From NCBI GenBank assembly GCA_965219415.1, contig OZ244742.1, positions 800,001 to 864,000 on the forward strand: a stretch of 64,000 nt of DNA, in the 5' to 3' direction. The notes beneath the pieces are model-generated. The model did not search any database, was not told where the DNA came from, and was given only the letters and a program-made list of their open reading frames with translations. Each line of letters starts with the position of its first letter. Positions within the stretch are counted from its first letter, which is position 1. Positions 61,016-64,000 of this stretch are shown here, piece by piece. Source of the stretch: Candidatus Marinacidobacterales bacterium (GTDB taxonomy: Bacteria > Acidobacteriota > Vicinamibacteria > Marinacidobacterales > DATDRI01). The translations under genes and the position numbers were made by a program.

Positions 61016-61893
61016 AAGAACAGAACACGATGAGAGATGGAGCAGGACCGGTGGAGACGGTGGTTGAGCAAGCGGAGACGAAGCGCGCAAAGCTGGAATC
61101 GATCCTGAAGGAGATGGGCTCCGTTGTGGTGGCCTTCAGCGGCGGAGTAGATAGCGCTTACTTGGCCTATGCGGCCCACCATGCTCTCGGCGAAGCTGCG
61201 CTCGCGGTCACCGGTGAAAGCCCGAGCTACCCCGACTACCAAAGGCAAATGGCAAAGCGGATTACTTCGCAATTCGAGATTCCCCACCTCTTCGTCCAAA
61301 CGCGTGAGGTCGAAATCGAGGCCTATCGTGCCAATGGAAGCGACCGATGCTTTCACTGCAAGAACGAGTTGTACACGCGACTCACGAACTTGGCTAATGA
61401 GCGAGGTTTCGACTTCGTCGCTGACGGCTCGAACCTAGATGATTTAGGGGACTTCCGCCCGGGACGACGGGCGGCAAAGGCCTTGAGCGTGAGGAGCCCA
61501 CTCGAGGAAGCGGGTTTGACGAAGTCAGAGATCCGTTACCTCTCTCGGCAAGTCTCTCTTCCAACCGCCGACGAGCCCGCGTCAGCGTGCTTGTCCTCGC
61601 GCATTGCTTACCAGAGTCCGGTGACGCCCGAAAAGCTCAGAACGGTGGAAGACGGTGAGAGCGCACTGCGCGAGCTCGGATTTCGTCATTTTAGAGTACG
61701 CCATCACGACCAACTCGTACGCCTCGAGTTCGCACCCGAGGAAATCGCCCGCGCTTTGTCCCCAGACATGGTCCCAAAGTTGCTGACGAGGTTCAAAGAG
61801 CTCGGTTTCACGTTCGTGACGGTCGATCTCCAGGGTTACCGCACTGGAAGCCTGAACGAGGTGCTTCCTCCCTTGCAGCTGCCGGTGGTATAA
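61012..61893 (+). CDS. larE: ATP-dependent sulfur transferase LarE
   Basis: PP-loop SGGVDS, RCFHCK, DFRPG, ACLSSR, RVRHH and DLQGYRTGS motifs. Confidence 0.93.
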   Translation: MKEQNTMRDGAGPVETVVEQAETKRAKLESILKEMGSVVVAFSGGVDSAYLAYAAHHALGEAALAVTGESPSYPDYQRQMAKRITSQFEIPHLFVQTREVEIEAYRANGSDRCFHCKNELYTRLTNLANERGFDFVADGSNLDDLGDFRPGRRAAKALSVRSPLEEAGLTKSEIRYLSRQVSLPTADEPASACLSSRIAYQSPVTPEKLRTVEDGESALRELGFRHFRVRHHDQLVRLEFAPEEIARALSPDMVPKLLTRFKELGFTFVTVDLQGYRTGSLNEVLPPLQLPVV

Positions 61894-61935
61894 TCCGACC
61901 CTCCGAAACGATAAATCGGTTCTCCGTTTCAGGCG

Positions 61936-62259
61936 ATGCACTTTATGGCGATTGAGATCCGCATCGAGAGCTCCTGGCAGACTGATGATGGTGAAGGCCG
62001 TAGCATCGAGGTATTGACGTCCGAACGCGGTCACCCGGGGGAGGATCCGAGCGAGGATTCCAAGTGGTTCGCGGGTGGGGACCTCGCCGACCTCAAGCGC
62101 TATCTCACCGAACTGGTGGACCGTAAGGCGGAGTGTTTCCGGGGACGGGACCGCAGGGAATGTGCTGGTTGTTCGCGCGTAGTCAACACCGATAGCCCCA
62201 ACCCGAGGTTCCTTTGCGAAGACTGCGCCGCTTCACCCCCCTCCCCCCCAAAAAAATGA
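61936..62259 (+). CDS. Hypothetical protein with a C-terminal CxxC...CxxC motif
   Basis: CAGC...CEDC, co-oriented between larE and the next gene. Confidence 0.5.
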   Translation: MHFMAIEIRIESSWQTDDGEGRSIEVLTSERGHPGEDPSEDSKWFAGGDLADLKRYLTELVDRKAECFRGRDRRECAGCSRVVNTDSPNPRFLCEDCAASPPSPPKK

Positions 62260-63689
62260 CCCGGGTTGGCCCGTCCCGCCTCACACTGAGGCTCGTTAGC
62301 CTCGCCGGAATCGGCGTAGCCATTTGGAGCTTTCCGTACGCTCACGGATCGTCTCCACCTGACCAGAGAACTGAAGAGCTCCTCGTACCGGGATTACGGC
62401 ACACGCGAGTCCTTCGGGGTAGCACAGCTTCATCTGTCCGCTACCGGATCCTGGTCGGCTCGTTCGACTCCCAAGCCGCGGCGGATGCAATGCTCGCCCG
62501 GCTGAAAAATGCTGGAGTGGCTGCCGCACCTCACTACCGTGGCCTTCGCTATCGCATCTGCGTGGAAGCCTTGCCCGATCGGAAAGCCGCCGAGACTCAA
62601 CGACAGATACTGAGCGCAGCGGGCTTCCCCCCTGAGATGACCATCGAGGAATACCTTCAGGACGTGACCAACGCCGATGGCCCTTGGGAGATCCACATCC
62701 TCGAGGCCGATCCAAATCAAACCCGGGTGCGGGTTGCCCACGCCTACGATGCGGCCATCGGGCTCGAGACAACGAGTGGTCTCGCCCGTCGACGCGGCGC
62801 CATCGCCGCCATCAACGGCGGTTACTATGTGCGGACCGGAATACTCCAGGGTGACGCTCTGGGTGTGCTTCGAGTGGAAGGCGCGCTCCTTTCCGAGCCT
62901 GATCGGGGACGTGCGGCCTTGGGCATTTCGGATAGCGAGGGGAGAACTCAATTTCTCTTCGGGAGACTTCGCTTTCGAGGAGATCTGGTCTTCGAGAACG
63001 GTACGCGTGAGAAACTTGACGGTCTCAATCGCCGCCGAGGACGGAAGGAAGTCGTCCTTTATACGCCGGAGTTCCATCGAACAACCCTTACCGCGCCGAG
63101 TGGCGCGGAAGTGGTGGTGCGCGAAAACCAAATCGCAGAGGTCAGGCTGGAGAGCGGAAGCTCCGTCATACCGCGGTCGGGGTTTGTCATTTCCCTCGCG
63201 GCATCGCGAGCCGTGGATTTGATCTCTCGATTCCAAGTCGGTCACAACGTGACTCTCGATTTTTCTCTCCTGCCATCCCGAACCGATCACCGAAGGAGCT
63301 GGAATGAGACGACCTCGATAGTCGGCGGAGGACCTCTGCTTCTTTCCGAAGGGAAGCGGATCGAAGACCCAGGCACCGAATCTATATCTCAAGTCTTCTA
63401 CCACTCTCGTCACCCGCGAACGGGGGTCGGGGCACGAGCCGACGGAACGTTGCTGTTCGTCACCGTCGATGGCCGCCAACCCCAAACGAGCGTCGGAATG
63501 TCGCTTCCCGAGTTTACGGATCTATTCATCGAGCTCGGTGCGGTTTCTGCAATGAACCTGGATGGCGGCGGGTCTACTGCGATGGTCGCGCGCAACCGAC
63601 TGGTGAACTCACCCTCCGATCCAACCGGCGAGCGACAAAACGCAGACTCGATCCTTCTTTTCCCTCGTAACTCGAAACCACCGTCCTAA
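62257..63689 (+). CDS. Phosphodiester glycosidase (NAGPA-like) with a SPOR-like domain. Start approximate.
   Basis: AINGGYY, GGGPLL, HPRTGVG, VDGRQ and AMNLDGGGS motifs, and an N-terminal YRILVGSF segment. Confidence 0.88.
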
Positions 63690-63708
63690 ATCGAAAGCGG
63701 AATCCCAA

Positions 63709-64000
63709 TTGAGAGTCCTCTTCCTAGGAACGGGAAATGCTTTCGGAAGTGGCGGCCGAAATCCGATCTCCATCCTCGTTCAGTCCGATGAGGTGAGCAT
63801 GCTCCTCGACTGCGGCCCTTCCGCCCTTCGAATGATGAAACATTTGGATGAGTCGCCATCGTGTATCGACTTGATCTTCATCAGCCATCATCACGGGGAC
63901 CACTTCTCGGGAGTGCCTTTCCTCTTGCTCGAGTTCCAGTACCAACAGGTCCGTGATCGCAAGCTGACGGTGGTGGGGCCCGACGGCACCGAGAACAAGA
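63709..64000 (+). CDS. MBL-fold metallo-hydrolase (runs off window)
   Basis: TTG start, MRVLFLGTGNAFGSGGR...LLDCG...ISHHHGDH. Confidence 0.9.
   Translation, partial: MRVLFLGTGNAFGSGGRNPISILVQSDEVSMLLDCGPSALRMMKHLDESPSCIDLIFISHHHGDHFSGVPFLLLEFQYQQVRDRKLTVVGPDGTENK

Overview
GC-rich bacterial chromosome segment. The gene style and order suggest Acidobacteriota, which is an inference. The housekeeping backbone includes thrS (5' part), tRNA-Val(GAC), a PilB/GspE ATPase, nptA-phoU, amrAB, degQ, suhB, an ArnT-like transferase, aroA-aroK, RNase G/E, mreBCD-mrdA-rodA, ppiD, gdh, lpxD, moeA-moaC and larE. Many single-base frameshifts in ordinary genes look like long-read indel errors. Main accessory and unusual content: (1) an integrase-less phage-satellite-like module (xre, alpA, primase-polymerase/helicase) next to the tRNA, with alpA broken by an IS256; (2) an unannotated UshA-like selenoprotein candidate with an in-frame TGA in a CGU motif; (3) a ~7.5 kb decaying island between rodA and rng carrying ankyrin, pilin-like and IS fragments; (4) a modular, nested intergenic repeat family with five copies; (5) a penicillin acylase split by an IS256 in its alpha/beta spacer, with the beta frame open through the IS end; (6) a structured leader upstream of gdh; (7) a 57-aa LysW-like protein with an altered C-terminus, missed by the ORF track and coupled to an Fe-S-type LarE.
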